Assembly (NCBI RefSeq): GCF_004010195.1
Contig: NC_057719.1
Coordinates: 22,944,618-23,008,617 of the forward strand
From: Chiloscyllium plagiosum
Lineage: Eukaryota
Direction of reading: 5' to 3'
Length of the DNA: 64,000 nt
Shown: positions 1 to 12,340 of the stretch, piece by piece
Numbering within the stretch: the first letter of the stretch is position 1
How the letters are laid out: each line of letters opens with the position of its first letter
Position numbers and translations under genes: made by a program
Notes under the pieces: generated by a model
What the model was told of the DNA's origin: nothing
The model's database searches: none
Seen by the model: only the letters and a program-made list of their open reading frames with translations

Positions 1-745
1 GCAGGCAGTCAGGTAGTCAGGCAGGCAGGCAGTCAGTCAGGCAGGTAGGCAAGCAGTCAGTCAGTAAGGCAGTCACGCAGGCAGGCAGTCAGTCAGGCAG
101 GCAGTCACGCAGGCAGGTGGGCAAGCAGGCAGACAGTCAGTCAGTCAGGAAGACAGTCAGGCAGGCAATCAGTCAGGCAGGCAGCTAGACAGTCAGGCAG
201 GCAGACAGTCAGTCAGTCAGGCAGACAGTCAGGCAGGCTGTCAGTCAGGCAGGCAGTCAGTCAGGTAGTTAGGCAGTCAGTCAGGTTGTCAGTCAGGCAG
301 GCAGTCAGTCAGTCAGGCAGGCAAGCAGGCAGTCAGGCAGGCAGTCAGGCAGGCAGTCTGTCAGGTCAGTCAGGCAGTCAGTCAGTCAGGCAGTCAGTCA
401 GGCAGGTAGGCAAGCAAGCAGGCAGGCAGTCAGTCAGGCAGGCAGTCAGGCAAGTAGTTAGGCAGGCATGCAGGCAGTCAGTCAGGCAGTCAGTCAGTCA
501 GGCAGCCAAGCAGGCAGTCAGCTGTCAGGCAGTCAGTCAGTCAGTCAGGCAGGCAGTCAGTCAGGCAGGCAGTCAGTCAGGTCAGGCAGTCAGTCAGTCA
601 GGCAGGCAGTCAGTCAGGCAGTCAGGCAGGTAGGCAGGCAGGCAGGCAGTCAGTCAGGCAGGCAGACAGTCAGTCAGGCAGGCAGTCAGGCAGGCAGACT
701 GTCAGGCAGGCAGGTAGGCAATCAGGCAGGTAGTCAGGCAGGCAG
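1..745. repeat. Degenerate tetranucleotide satellite (CAGG/CAGT mosaic), truncated by window start
   Basis: Continuous array of cagg/cagt/caga units. The ORFs at 286-633 and 468-797 are simply its translation. Confidence 0.97.
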
Positions 746-791
746 CATCCACGGAGCAGGAAAATCGACAGTTCGAACATATGTCCTTCAT
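735..791 (-). mobile_element. PLE terminal fragment (family B), minus-strand, host of the 792-881 insertion
   Basis: caggcagcatccacggagcaggaaaatcgac... matches the copies at 2362-2460 and 32104-32232. Confidence 0.7.
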
Positions 792-881
792 TCCTGATGA
801 AGGGCTTTTGCCCGAAACTTCAATTTTGCTGCTCCTCAGATGCCTGACCTGCTGTGCTTTTCCAGCACCACACTCATCTGG
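792..881 (+). mobile_element. Short PLE-terminal insertion (family B) carrying a hammerhead motif
   Basis: ttcCTGATGAagggcttttgcccGAAActtc. Flanked by a 15-bp direct repeat acatatgtccttcat (777-791, 882-896). Confidence 0.8.
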
Positions 882-1043
882 ACATATGTCCTTCATGTCA
901 GACCCTATTTGTACAGAATAGGGGAACTACCATTGTTAAGTGTTGAGCTCAGTCCATGGAATATCTAGTGAACCAAGTTCTGATAATGGAGTTTTGGAAG
1001 AACATTTTGGAAGAAGAGTCTAGAAAAACACCATTTGTTTTTG

Positions 1044-1434
1044 GTGGAGGCTAAAGGCAGACTTGATAGAAGTCTATAAAATTATGAGATGCATAGATAG
1101 GGTTGATGGTCAGAATCTTTTTTCCAAAGTTGAAATTTCTGATACCAGGGGGCATGCATTGAATGTGAAAGGGCCCATGTTCAAAGGAGATGTAAGGGGC
1201 AAGTTTTTTTAAACAGAGAGTGGTAGGAGTCTGGAACACACTGCCAAGGATGGTGGTTGAGGCAGATAAATAGAGAAATTTAAGGGGCTTTAAGATAAGC
1301 ACATGAATATACAAGGAATGGAAGGATATGGTCCAGGAGCAAGCAAAAGGGATTAGATTAATTTAGCGTCGTATTCGGCACAACATCAAGGGCCCAAGGG
1401 CCCGTTCCTGCACTGTATTGTTCTATAATCTATG
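1044..1434 (+). mobile_element. CR1-like LINE 3' fragment
   Basis: Encodes a RLKADLIEVYKIM-type ORF2 C-terminus. Has the typical 3' UTR ending ctgtattgttctataatctatg. Confidence 0.88.
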
Positions 1435-1869
1435 TCACTGAAAGTTGAAGACTGGTCAGAGGTTAAACATAGCAACAGATCTCAGTAATAAGGAGACAAA
1501 GGTATGGAAGTCTTTAAGCTTCAAAACTCTCAACAAAATGGAAGAAAAAGAAATCAAACATTTCATCAACTGCAGCTTAGGGGTCTCTTTTTATTTAACA
1601 CTGTAAATAACTACTAGTGAGTTTTGAGAAGATTTGTGGCTCAGGTTGAGTTCTGGATGTAGGTTTGCTCACTGAGCTGGAAGGTTCATTTTCAGATGTT
1701 TTGTCACCATACTGGGTAACATCATCAGTGAGCCTTCAATGAAGCACTGGTGCATGGTTGTCTTTCTATTTATGTGTTTAGATTTCCTTGGGTCATTTCC
1801 TGTGATGACAGCATTTCCTGTGGTGATGTCATTTCCTTTCTTTTTCTCAGGGAGTTGTAAATGGGATCC

Positions 1870-3760
1870 AAGTCAATGTGTTTTTTGATACAGTTCTGGT
1901 TGGAATGCCACGCTTCTAGGAATTCTCATGTGTGTCTCTGTTTGGCTTTTCCCAGGATGGATGTGTTGTCCCAGTCAAAGTGGTGTTCTTCCTCATCCAT
2001 ATGTAAAAATACTCGTGAGAATGGGTCATGTCCTTTTGAGGCTAGTTGATGTTCATGTATCCTGGTGGCTAGTTTTCTGCTTATTTATCCAACATAGTGT
2101 TTGTTGCAGTTCTTACAAGGTATTTTGTAAATGACATTAGTTTTGCTTGTTGTCTGTATAGGGTCTTTCAAGTTTATTAGCTGATGTTTTAGTGTGTTGA
2201 TGGGTTTGTGGGCTACCATGATGCCAAGGGGTCAGAGTAGTCTGGCAGTCATTTCCAAGATGTCTTTGATGTATGGGAAAGTGCCTAGGGTTTCCCGACA
2301 TGTTTTGTCTGCTTGTTGGGGTTTGTTGCTGAGAAATCAGCAGGCTGTGTTCATTGGGTCTAGATTAGAGTGGTACTGGAAAAGCACAGCAGCTCAGGCA
2401 GCATCCGAGGAGCAGGAAAATCAATGTTTCGGGCAAAAGCCCTTAATCAGAAATGAGGGCAAGGAGCTTTCGGGGTGGAGAGATAAATGGGAGGGGGATG
2501 GGGCTGGGGAGAAGGTAGCCAAGAGTACAATAGGTGGATGGAGGTGGGGATGAAGGTGATAGGTGATGGAGGTGGGGATGAAGGTGATAGGTACCCGTTT
2601 ATTTAAATACACGGTATAGGTGATTTTCTTCTGCTCTGCGTAGTTCCTCTGTACTGCAGTGTGTGGCGGCTCATTGAAGTAATGTTCTAATGTAGCTTCA
2701 TTTGTGGGTGGTGGGATGATTGTTTCTGTAGTTCAGTATTTGGTCATTATGTGTTGTTTTCCTGTAGGCGCTGGTTTGAAGTTCCCCATTGGCTGTTCAC
2801 TCTACTGCGACATCTAGGGATTACAGTTTGTTGTTGTTTTCCTCCTCTTTACTGAATTTTATGCCAGTATGGGTATTATTGATGGTGTCGAAGGTATCCT
2901 CTAACTTGTTTTGTTTAGAGATGACAAAGATGTCATCCACATAGTGGGCCCAAAGTTTGGGTTTAATGGTTGGCAGAGCTGTTTGTTCAAGTCTCTGCAT
3001 TACTGCCTCTGCTAAGAACCCTGTTTTCGGAGATCCCATGGGTGTTCCATTGGTTTGTCTGTAGGTTTTGTCACTGAAGGTGAAGTGGGTGGTTACGTAT
3101 AGGTCCACTAGCTGGTAAAGTTGGTGATGTTTGGTGTACGTGTCTTTGATTCTTCTAATAATATAGTCAGTGTTTCCTTGGCCAAGTTGATGTTGATGAA
3201 TGTGAACAGGGCTGTTACATCAAAGGAGACCATTATTTCATCCTCCTCTATCTTGGTGTCTTTGATGGTCTTCAAGAATTCTTGGGTGGAGTGGATGGAG
3301 TGGCGTGAATCTTCCACTAAGTGTTCTAGTCTTTGGTGTAGCTCCTTGGTAATCCGTAGAAGCGCGGTGTGTTAGGTCCATCTGGTTTCATTTTTTGGAA
3401 GTCGGTCTTATATATTTCTCCAGAATTCTGACGTCTTTGAGTAGGGCTGTGATTCAGTTTTCTAGTTGTGGGGTCGGGTCTATCGCCACTTGTTGGTGAG
3501 TGTTGGTATCTGCAAGTAGTACATTCACTTTCTCAATGTGGTCTCTTTGATTTAAAATGACTGTCAAGCATCCTTTGTCTGCAGGTAGGATAACAATGTT
3601 TTTATCTTTTTTTAGTCTTTCTAGCACTTTCCTTCCTTTTGTATTGAGTGGTTTTCCTTCTTTTTTCCTGCTTAATGTTGGTGTCTGTCTGATGGTTTGC
3701 TGGATTTCCTCTGTGAGTTGGTTGTCTTTCAGTGTTGTTGCTAATGCTGCTAAGAAATCT
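1870..3760 (-). pseudogene. Penelope RT + GIY-YIG endonuclease ORF, disrupted by stops, frameshifts and a nested insertion
   Basis: ORF fragments 3108-3317 and 2821-3108, plus the manually translated GIY-YIG segment with an in-frame stop. Confidence 0.9.
2362..2592 (-). mobile_element. PLE family B 3' fragment nested in the family A Penelope
   Basis: Interrupts host gttcattgggt|acccgtt. Contains the reverse complement of ctgattaagggcttttgcccgaaacattg and a 28-bp tandem duplication at its right end. Confidence 0.8.
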
Positions 3761-4091
3761 ACAAACTATCCACAAAAAGACATGACCCACTCTCACTAGT
3801 ATCCTTACATATGAATTAGGAAGGACACCACTTCGACTCGGACAACACATCCATCCTAGCACAAACCAAACAGAGACATACACGAGAATTCTTAGAAGCA
3901 TGGCATTCTAACTGGAACTCTGTCAACAAACACATTGATCTGGATCCCATTTACTACACCCTGAGAAGAAGAAATGGAAATGACATAGCTGCAGGAAATG
4001 ATGTCAGCACAGGAAGTCACATCACCAACTCAAGGAAACCTAAACACATAAATAGAAAGTGGGCCATGCCACCAGTGTTTCATCTGGAGGC

Positions 4092-4131
4092 TCACTGATG
4101 ATGTTACCTAGTATGGGTATGAAACATTTGA
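4092..4131 (+). ncRNA. Minimal hammerhead ribozyme motif (decayed), PLE family A
   Basis: tca-CTGATGA-tgttacc..gggtat-GAAA-catt-tga, with stem I tca/tga. Mirror copy on the minus strand at ~1689-1730. Confidence 0.65.
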
Positions 4132-4974
4132 AAACGAGCCTTCCAGCTCAGCCAGCAAACCTACATCCAGAGCTATTTGAACTATCTCATAATTTGACCA
4201 AATAACGGTGCTGGTGCCCATTATTTATTGTTGCAATATTTATAAAAAAGTGAGTTTTTGCATTAACCTCAACATAGCTGGCCAACAGTTCTGTCAAAAC
4301 AGGCAAAAGTCTTGTCAAAGTGTTCGTATAAAGGTTAGCCAGAGTTACTTTTAGATATCCTGAGGGCACACGTTCAGCACTGCACTGAATGGTCAGGTGA
4401 TGTGTAATATTACACATAACCGAAGGCAATTTCTTTCTTATTTCAGGCATCATGGGAAGATGATGTGTTACAATGTAAATTGTGATTATTTTTAACATAT
4501 GGCAGCTAGACATAACTAGGAGACATTGTGCTAATTAAAATGAAGAGAGAGGTGTTAAGTGTCCTAAAAACCTTCATGCCGCACAACAGCTGGACTTTCA
4601 GGGGCTGCAACTAAAGGGAGGCTGAGACTCAGATACTTTACTTACCTTCCAGCAGTGACAATATTGGGACCTGTGAGGGCTAACGGATCTGGGAGCATGC
4701 ATGTTTGGGAAAAAAATGCTGAACACTGATAACACAGGAAATTCACGAGTTGTTTAATGTTGAGCAGCTGCTGTTAGAGACTGTGTTTTGACTCCAGTAC
4801 ATTTCTAAACTAGCAAAGGAAAAATAAGAATTCATAGTCACAGGTGAAGGACCTGACTTGTAGTAAGGGTGTGGAATTTCTACTTTTTTGCTAGCCTGCA
4901 ATTATATTACAGTTAATAATACAAGCATAAGGTTAAAGTTTGTGAAAAAACTCAAAGGTTTACAGTTATGGTAT

Positions 4975-5780
4975 GGTAAGATAGCTCAACCAAGTAGAAT
5001 CCTCATCTTGCTGCATGTGGAGTTCTAGACACTTCTTATAACCCAGACGAGCCCATCTGTAGGAGGTTGTGGAAATTTGAGTTTCAAGATTCAGAGCTTA
5101 AGCAGTAGCAGGGATCACAAAGGTGCATGTGTAAGGCAGAAAATTACATAGCTAGCATTTAGAGAGTGGTGGTCGTACTGGACTTGGGGGAAGCTGATAG
5201 GTAATGAATAACTACCAGGCAGTTCACAAGAAACAGGCAGACAATGCTGGAGTTTCCAGAGGCTCCCCACACTAGCCGGTTTTCCATTCTGGATCTTGGT
5301 AAGAGTGATAGATCCTTGGAGAAGGGCAGAAAGAGCCAAGCCCATGGCATAAGGGTGCGACAGCTGAATAGCAGAAGAGGAAGAAATATGAAAGGTCAGC
5401 GCTAATCAGGGATTTTTTATTGAGGGACAAAGACAGACATTTCTGTGGCTGTCAATATGACTTCAGGAAGGTTTGTTGCTCCCTCATGATAGGTTCAAAG
5501 ATATCACAGAATGACTGAAGAGGGCAGAGTAAACAACCAGAGTTTGTGGCTCAAATTACTCCTATTGACATAGGCAAGAAGGGGGAGTGTGGTCCTGCAA
5601 TTAGAATTTGGGGAGTTGCCTAGAAACTTAGCAAGTGAGACCCCTTGTGTGGTAATCTTTGGGTTACTGATGAAGGTCTAATATCTGAAACATCAATTCT
5701 TCTGCTCCTTGGGATGCTGTCTGACCTGCTACGCTTTTCCAGCAACACACTCTTGACACGGGTTACTCCCAGTGCCGTAC
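4975..5780 (+). mobile_element. CR1 ORF1 remnant (zinc-finger-like + SGNH-esterase-like region)
   Basis: Degenerate matches to CR1 ORF1 motifs (SC.MWE..IC.RC; GTDR.FCG..R.VCCLPG; GEQPEV..H.GTNDIG; VVISGLLPVP), read across frameshifts. Confidence 0.65.
5669..5759 (+). mobile_element. Short PLE-terminal insertion (family B) with hammerhead motif
   Basis: ctgatgaaggtctaatatctgaaacatc... Flanked by an 8-bp direct repeat gggttact (5661-5668, 5760-5767). Confidence 0.78.
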
Positions 5781-5789
5781 TGAAATAGA

Positions 5790-6690
5790 AAATATTTGAG
5801 TAACATGCTAGAGTTTTTGGAAGAGGTAACAGAAAGAGCTACTGAGGACAAAGCTGTTGATGGAGTGTGTTTGGCCTTCAAATAGGCATTTGTTACGATG
5901 CCACACTTATGAAGAAAGTTATAGATTATGGAATGAAGGGGTTAGTAACAACCAGGATACTAACCTGACTGAGGAGAGCAACAGAGAGTGATGGACATTA
6001 GGCATTTTTTAAGCTAACAGAAGATTTGTAATGGAGTTCCCTAGGGAGCAGTATTGGGACCCTTTCTTTTCCTGACATTTGATAGCTGGCAGAAGATGTT
6101 AAATACTGAGAAGTATGGATATGTTGCACTTTGGTACATTGAAATGTGCACAGGAGCAGGGAGACCCTGGGTGTTTGTATTCTTGAGTCATTAAAGTTTG
6201 CAAGTTGAGAGAGCCGTTATTCTAGGTTTCATTAATAGGGTGATACAAGACCAGGAGGTATGATGAACTTGTACAGGGAACTGGTTTGACCTGAACTGGT
6301 GTACTATGTAACATTCCGGGTGTCACATTATGGGAAAGATATCGATGCATTGAAGAGAATGCGGAAGAGCTTTATGAGAATGTTCCAATGGATTATTCAC
6401 GCTCACCTTGAGAGTGAGTGGACAGAAGTCAGTTATACAGATTTGCATATTAATCAAAAATCAGAGGACACAAATCTAAGCAAGTGGTTATTAGATTACA
6501 CTGCCTGGACGTGTAGAGGGGCAGAATTGTGATTTTGAAGGAGGAAATAGATAAGAATCTGAAGGGGAAGCATATTGCAGGGTTGTTGGAAATGTGAGGG
6601 AAGTGGGACTAGCTAAATCACTCTTACAGACTATTGGTACACATTTGGTCTCCACCACTATCATTTTTTCTACAATTCTTATTTTATTCT
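5790..6690 (+). mobile_element. CR1 ORF2 RT to 3' end, highly decayed
   Basis: EFLEEVT, GVP.GAVLGP and HYGKDIDALKR motifs, with a CR1-like tail. Confidence 0.8.
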
Positions 6691-7692
6691 ATGCTTAATA
6701 CCTAATTCATGCCTTGAGTGAGGAGCAGGACTGATCTATTGGTTATTTATTTACATTTAGAGTGGCATTTTCCCTTCAATATCAGCAATGCATGATAAAA
6801 CAACACTAGCCCACATCTACTGTTTGAAGAATATAATGAATAATCAGAATAATCATGAAAATAAAGTTGACCAGGGTTATTCTGCAATATCAATAGTGTA
6901 TCCTAAAGAAACGCAATCACGTTAATCTGTGCTTCAATTATTATAAAACTAGTATTTTCAAATTGTGCCTGTCCAATGATAATCCAATGATCTCTCCACT
7001 ATTTTCCCTTCCTATTTTGTTAGTTCAATGCAAAGCTAGTGACTAATAACACAGGAGATTGAACAGGGATCATGGTTTGAATAAAGGAAGTCAAGTCTGG
7101 GATAGGACCTTATTCTTCTGACATCATCCTGAACATTACTTTTGGCTCTTCCATGCCTGAGGAGCAACTCATCATCTGTGCTACTGCCCCATTGCCCGTC
7201 CCACATTTTACCAAGGTATTTTTTTCTGGTGATTCTTCCTGGAGTGCTCGCTTATCTCTCCTTGTCTGGTAAAGAGTCACCAAAATTCAACACTGAGCTG
7301 GTTTGATTTTTGTTTTAAAGGGCATGGAGCAAAGATGAGTAAATGGCGCTAAGGTATATATGAACCAATACAAATTTAGATTGCAGAATAAATCTGAGGG
7401 TTTTAATAGTCTACTTCTGTTCTGATCTTCACCAGATTCACCATTTTCTGTCCTGAATCCCCAGCCTCACTTCTTGGCCTCATTGCATTTTACCCACAAA
7501 CTTGCCATAAACTCCAGGCGAGCTTTCAAATTTTATCTCCTGATACTTAGAAAAGTATTTTTATTTTATTACTTATCCAATTTCATTTAAAACATCATAA
7601 CGTGGCCAAAATAGCATCAATTTGTGAATCCTTCCAATACTCATACAGCAGGTTGAAAGAGCAGCAAAGTTTCCTGGACAGCCATGCTTGAA

Positions 7693-7968
7693 TGTACAAA
7701 GTTAAAAATCACACAATACCAGGTTATAGTCCAACAGGTTTATTTGGAAGCAGGAGTTATCGGAGCGACGCTCCTTCATCAGGTGGTTGTGGAGTATAAG
7801 ATCGTAGGACACAGAATTTATAGCAAAAGTTTACAGTGTGATGTAACTGAAATTATATCTTGAAGAAGACTTTCATCGTTTGTTAAGTCTCTCATCTTTT
7901 AGAATGAACATGTTGGTTTTAGTTTTTTTTCATATGTAAATCGCAGAATTTTCTTCAAGTTACACTTC
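7693..7968 (-). mobile_element. PLE-associated terminal fragment (family C) with hammerhead motif
   Basis: Near-identical to 18853-19130 and 42682-42988. Reverse complement contains cacCTGATGAaggagcgtcgctccGATA. Confidence 0.8.
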
Positions 7969-8021
7969 AATCATCTCCATTGAGTGAAACCTCTGGTTAA
8001 TCACTTTAAACCTTTTGTAAA

Positions 8022-8364
8022 ATCACTCACAGGATGTAGGTATCATTGCTAGGCCAGCATTCATTACCCATTCCTAATTACCTAGAGAGTCGTTGAGAGT
8101 CAATCATATTGCTGTGAGTCTGGAGTCAAACGTAGGCCATGCCAGATGATGATGGCAATTACCTTCCCTGAAGGACATTAGCAAATTAAATGATTTCATG
8201 GGTGCAATGGATTAATGGTCATTGTTAGACTCTTAATTCCAGGTTCTCCATTGAATTCAACTTCCACCATTTGCCATGGTAGGATTTGAACCCAGGTCCC
8301 CAGAACATTAGCTGAGTTTCTTGATTAATAGTCTCACGATAATACCACTAGGCCATTGCCTCCC
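8022..8364 (-). mobile_element. tRNA-derived SINE (family shared with 30133 and 51483)
   Basis: Reverse complement begins gggaggcaatggcctagtggtattatc, has the B-box-like gggttcaaatcc, and ends in the same tail as the other copies. Confidence 0.85.
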
Positions 8365-8699
8365 ACTGTTAATCACTGTAGGGTGATAGGATGCTTATGA
8401 GCCTTTGCTTAGTCTGTACTGACTGTGTGAAACATTTCTCAGAAGGGAATGTGTCAGGGATTTTGTGCCTTGCTTCCTCAAATCTGTTCAGCTGGTGAGA
8501 AGAGTGTTCAAGTGAAGAAATGTTGCAGGAAGGAGCACCAGAGGCAACAAACACCATTTTATGAGGCACTGGACTGCCCACACGCTCAGAGTTAACGGGC
8601 CAGAGGACCCACAGTTAACGCACAATTGATTATTACTAGCCTGGAGATGGGAAGTAAAGCAAAACAATGGTTGTGATATCTTTGAATATCCGGAAGATA

Positions 8700-9651
8700 A
8701 GGCATCGCATGTTCAGCTACTTAATACAATAAAAGCCCATGGTGTTGGAGTTGGCATATTAGTATGCATAGAAGGATTGGCTAATTAATAAAGACAGAGA
8801 GTTTGGATAAAGACAGCATTTTCAGGATGACAACTATAAAGAATGGAGTACCACAGCGAGTGGTGCTGGGGCCATAAATATTTACAATATAGATTAGGGA
8901 CTTGGGTGAGTAATGCGAATGCACTCCAGTCAAGTTTACAGATAACACAAAAGAAAGCAGAAGGTGAGGATGACACGAAGACTCTGCAGAGGGATATAGA
9001 CAGTCTAAGCAAGCAGGCAAAACTTGGTATACAGAATATTATGTGAGAGAATTAGAGGTTATGCACTTTGGCAGGAAGAATGCAAGAGCTGAACATTAAT
9101 TAAATGAAAAGAGATTGCAGCAAGCTACAGAAGAGAGAGATTTGGGACTCCTCATAAGTAAATCACAAAAAGCTAGCATACAAGATCAGCAGGTAATAAG
9201 GAACACAAATGGAATGTTGGTCTTTATTTCAAAGGGAATGGAGTCAAGAAACAGGGAACTCTTGCTAAAACTATACAAGGCTCAGCTTAGATCACACCAG
9301 AAATACTGTGAACAGTTTTAATCCCCTCACCTAAAGTAAGATATACTGGCATTGGAGGTAGTCCAGAGAAGGTTCACTGGGCTGATAGAAAGTGTGGAGG
9401 GACTGTCTTGTAAGAAGAGGTTTAGTGGACTGGGCCTGTATTCATTGGAGTTTAGAAGAATGGCAGGTGGCCTCACTGAAATATGCAAGAGTCTTAAGGG
9501 ACTTAACAGGTTAGATGTGGAAAGGCTATTTCCCCTTATTAGACTTTCAAGGACCAGATGCTATCATCTCGGGGTTACGGGTTGCCCATTTAAAATAGAG
9601 ATGAGGAAAAATTTCTTTTCTCAGAAGATTGTCAATCTGAGGAATTCTTTC
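8700..9651 (+). mobile_element. CR1 LINE ORF2 RT fragment
   Basis: LLKLYKAQLRSH..YCEQF and VQRRFTGLI..LGLYSLEFRRM motifs. Confidence 0.9.
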
Positions 9652-9962
9652 CAGTGTGAAAGCAGGCCCATTGAGCCCACACCAACTGTCCAAAGACCAT
9701 CCCACCCTGACCCAAATCCCTGTCCTCTCCCTGTAACTCTGCGTTTCCCACAGCTAGCCCACCTAGCTTACACATCCCTGTACACCATGGGCAATTAAAC
9801 AGGCCAATCCACCTAGCCTGCACATTTTTGGACTGTGCAAGGAAACTCACACAGACAGGGGAGAATATACAAACCTCCACACAGAAAGTCACCTGAGGCT
9901 GGAATCAATCCCGGTTCTCTGGTGCTGGAAGGCAGCTGAGATAACCACAGAGCTACCGCGCC
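9652..9962 (-). mobile_element. HE1-type V-SINE
   Basis: Reverse complement matches the 44619-44917 copy (tRNA-like head, V-domain, LINE-like tail). Confidence 0.85.
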
Positions 9963-10204
9963 TTTGTTCTTTAAGCTTTTCTGCATTAATTAGTCAAATT
10001 GTATGGATATAAATAAAGTTGACAAATTATCCAGCTCTTTTTAGAGTTGAAAGAGAAAGCAATATATTTACTGTTCAAATAAGAAAAAGTAGCCTCTGCA
10101 GATTTGTTGTTATTAACACTTTGAAGTAAAATTGCTGCACTGTCAACACAGCAAGCAAACAGAAGTTGCTCTGCTCCTCTCCTGAATGTAATGCACATCA
10201 GCTA

Positions 10205-10640
10205 TGACAGAGTTGGTAGCATTCTTACCTCTGACAGTGTCAATTGCCACCCCAGGGCTACAGCAGAATAATCTAGATTGACATTGTGGCTCAGCGCTAT
10301 AGGAATGCAGCACCATCACAGGTGCTGACTTCTGAATTCTGCATTAATCTGAGGGCCTTGTCTATGCTCTCAATCGGTGATCCTATGGTACTTTATGAAG
10401 GAGAGCAATGAAGTTATTCCTCACAGACAGACCGATAGTTTGTCTGAATTAACATAATAAATACGGACTATTTGGTCATTATCACAGAGCAGTTTGGGGA
10501 TCTTGCTGTGCACAAATTGGCTGTTGTGTTTCCGACATTCCTATAAGGATCACACTTTAAATACATGTACTTTGCTGGCCATAAAGCATTTTAAAATATC
10601 TGAAGTTTGCAAAAGGTGCTACATAACTGGAAGCCTTTAT
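10205..10640 (+). mobile_element. Deu-domain SINE (SacSINE1/AmnSINE1-like), old
   Basis: ggatcttgctgtgcacaaattggctg..tgtttcc.acatt...aaaggtgctacataa resembles the DeuSINE core and tail. Confidence 0.7.
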
Positions 10641-11342
10641 TTATCTTTATAACTTAATTTGCATTTCGCTCAGCTGATTAATGATTGTGCATCAACTTAT
10701 ACAGTCCAAACTTTCTATTTGGCTATATGGAGGGGTGGGTATCACCAAAAAATCTCATCCTTGCCCTCATTCAACATTCACATGTGACAGCTGCCCAGTA
10801 AAAGTTGTTGTAAAATTGCTAAATTTTCCAGTCTTCCATTCAGGTGCAAAACAAGCATGCTTACTGATTTTTGGTTGAGATTCCAACACATAGGGCTTGC
10901 ATAGTCCAGTTCCACTCTGCCATGAGAAGAGTCTGGTGCTTATGCTTTAACCATTATCTCATCAGCAACTAAAGGTGAGTAATCATCTTCCATCACAGCT
11001 GCTCTCAATTTCAACACAAGCAAAAGATTTGCTAATTTCTTTGTAAGCAAAATTTATAATAAGGCCTCCTGAGAAACATATTGGGGCTTTTTCCAGAAGA
11101 ATAATTAACAAATCATGAAAAATATTATCCTGGAAATCAAAGAATTTCTAAGGGCTCCAGTACTGATTAGGAGGGACTGTCTAACTGAGCATGATGATCA
11201 TATATTTAATATCAGCTGCTTAATTGAACCATTGCACGGGGTCAATTGTTATATAATGATTAGCATTATTATTCCTCTAAGTTTTTTCCCCAACATTATC
11301 TTCTAGCTATGCAATCAACTGAAGAAAACTATACACTCGACT

Positions 11343-12340
11343 AGAACATAAGAACTATGAGCAAGAGTAGGTAATTCAGCCCCTCACAACTGCCCTGCTA
11401 TTTGATATGATCATGATTGATCTAATCTTAGCTTCAATTCCACATTCCTGCCTGCACTCCATAACACCTCAACCCATTACTAATTAGAATCTAACTCCTC
11501 CTTAAAATTACTCAATATTCCATTATCCATAGATTCACAACCCTTTGAGAGAAGTAATTTCATCTCATCTCTGATTTAAATCTCTTTCGCCTTATCCTAG
11601 AACTATAATCTTTAGTTTTAGATTGCCCTAGATGAGGAAACATCCCTTCTACAACCACTTTGTCAATCACCTTTAGCAGCTTATATACCTCAATTAAATC
11701 TCCTTTAATTCTGCTAAACTGCAACCTCTCTTCGTAAGACAAACCGCTCATCTCTGAATTCAATCAAGTGAACCTCCTCTGAACTGCCTCCAATACAATT
11801 AAACCCTTCTTCAAGTAGTGAGACAAAAAATGCACACAATATTCTCGGCATGGTCTCACAAATACCTTCTACAGTTGCAATAATGCTACCCTACTTTTAT
11901 ACTCCACTCTTTGAGCAATAAATGCCAAAGTTCCATTTGCTTTCCTTATTACCAGCTGTACCTGCATACTAGCTTTCTGCGATTCATGCGCAAGAACACC
12001 CAGATCCCTCTGCACCAAAGAACTCTGAAGTTTCTATCTTGTTGGATAATACGTTGCATTTTTTAATCATGTCAACCAAACTGGATAACTCACACTTATT
12101 CACGTTAAACATCATCTGCCAAATTTGGGCCTTTCTCCTAAACTATGCATGCCTATTTATAAATTGAAATTGCTGGAAAAGCTCAGCAGGTCTGGCAGCA
12201 CCTGTGGAGAGAAATCAGAGATAACGTTTTGGGTCAAGTGGCCTTTAGTTTTTGATTTACAGCATCCGCAGTTCTTTTGTTTTCCATTTCTAACTTTCTT
12301 ATTTATTCATTGCAACTTATTTTCCCACTTATTTTAGTGT
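11343..12340 (-). mobile_element. CR1 LINE 3' fragment
   Basis: Minus-strand ORF 11560-11763 (GLSYEERL..KGDLIEVYKLL). Tail agaacataagaac. Confidence 0.88.
12165..12282 (-). mobile_element. PLE-associated family D fragment (collapsed inverted pair) nested in CR1
   Basis: Reverse complement of the 36456/21839 family, followed by a plus-strand piece of the same tail. Confidence 0.7.

Larger units (their letters stand above)
1619..4172 (-). mobile_element. Penelope-like retroelement (family A), degenerate, with an inverted copy of its 3' end at 3761-4172
   Basis: Minus-strand RT motifs: VSFDVTALFT, QTNGTPMGSP, YVDD. GIY-YIG motif NVIYKIPCKNCNKHYVG*..RKLATRIHEH at ~2045-2140. Region 3761-4171 is the reverse complement of ~1652-2049. 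Confidence 0.93.

Noticed and set aside
286..797. ORFs of 115 and 109 aa rich in Q/S/A/G/R/V
   Set aside because: Translations of the tetranucleotide satellite; no evidence of a real protein.
4641..4680. Minus-strand 25-nt micro-exon with GTAAGT donor
   Set aside because: Weak acceptor, not a multiple of three, and no partner exons identified.
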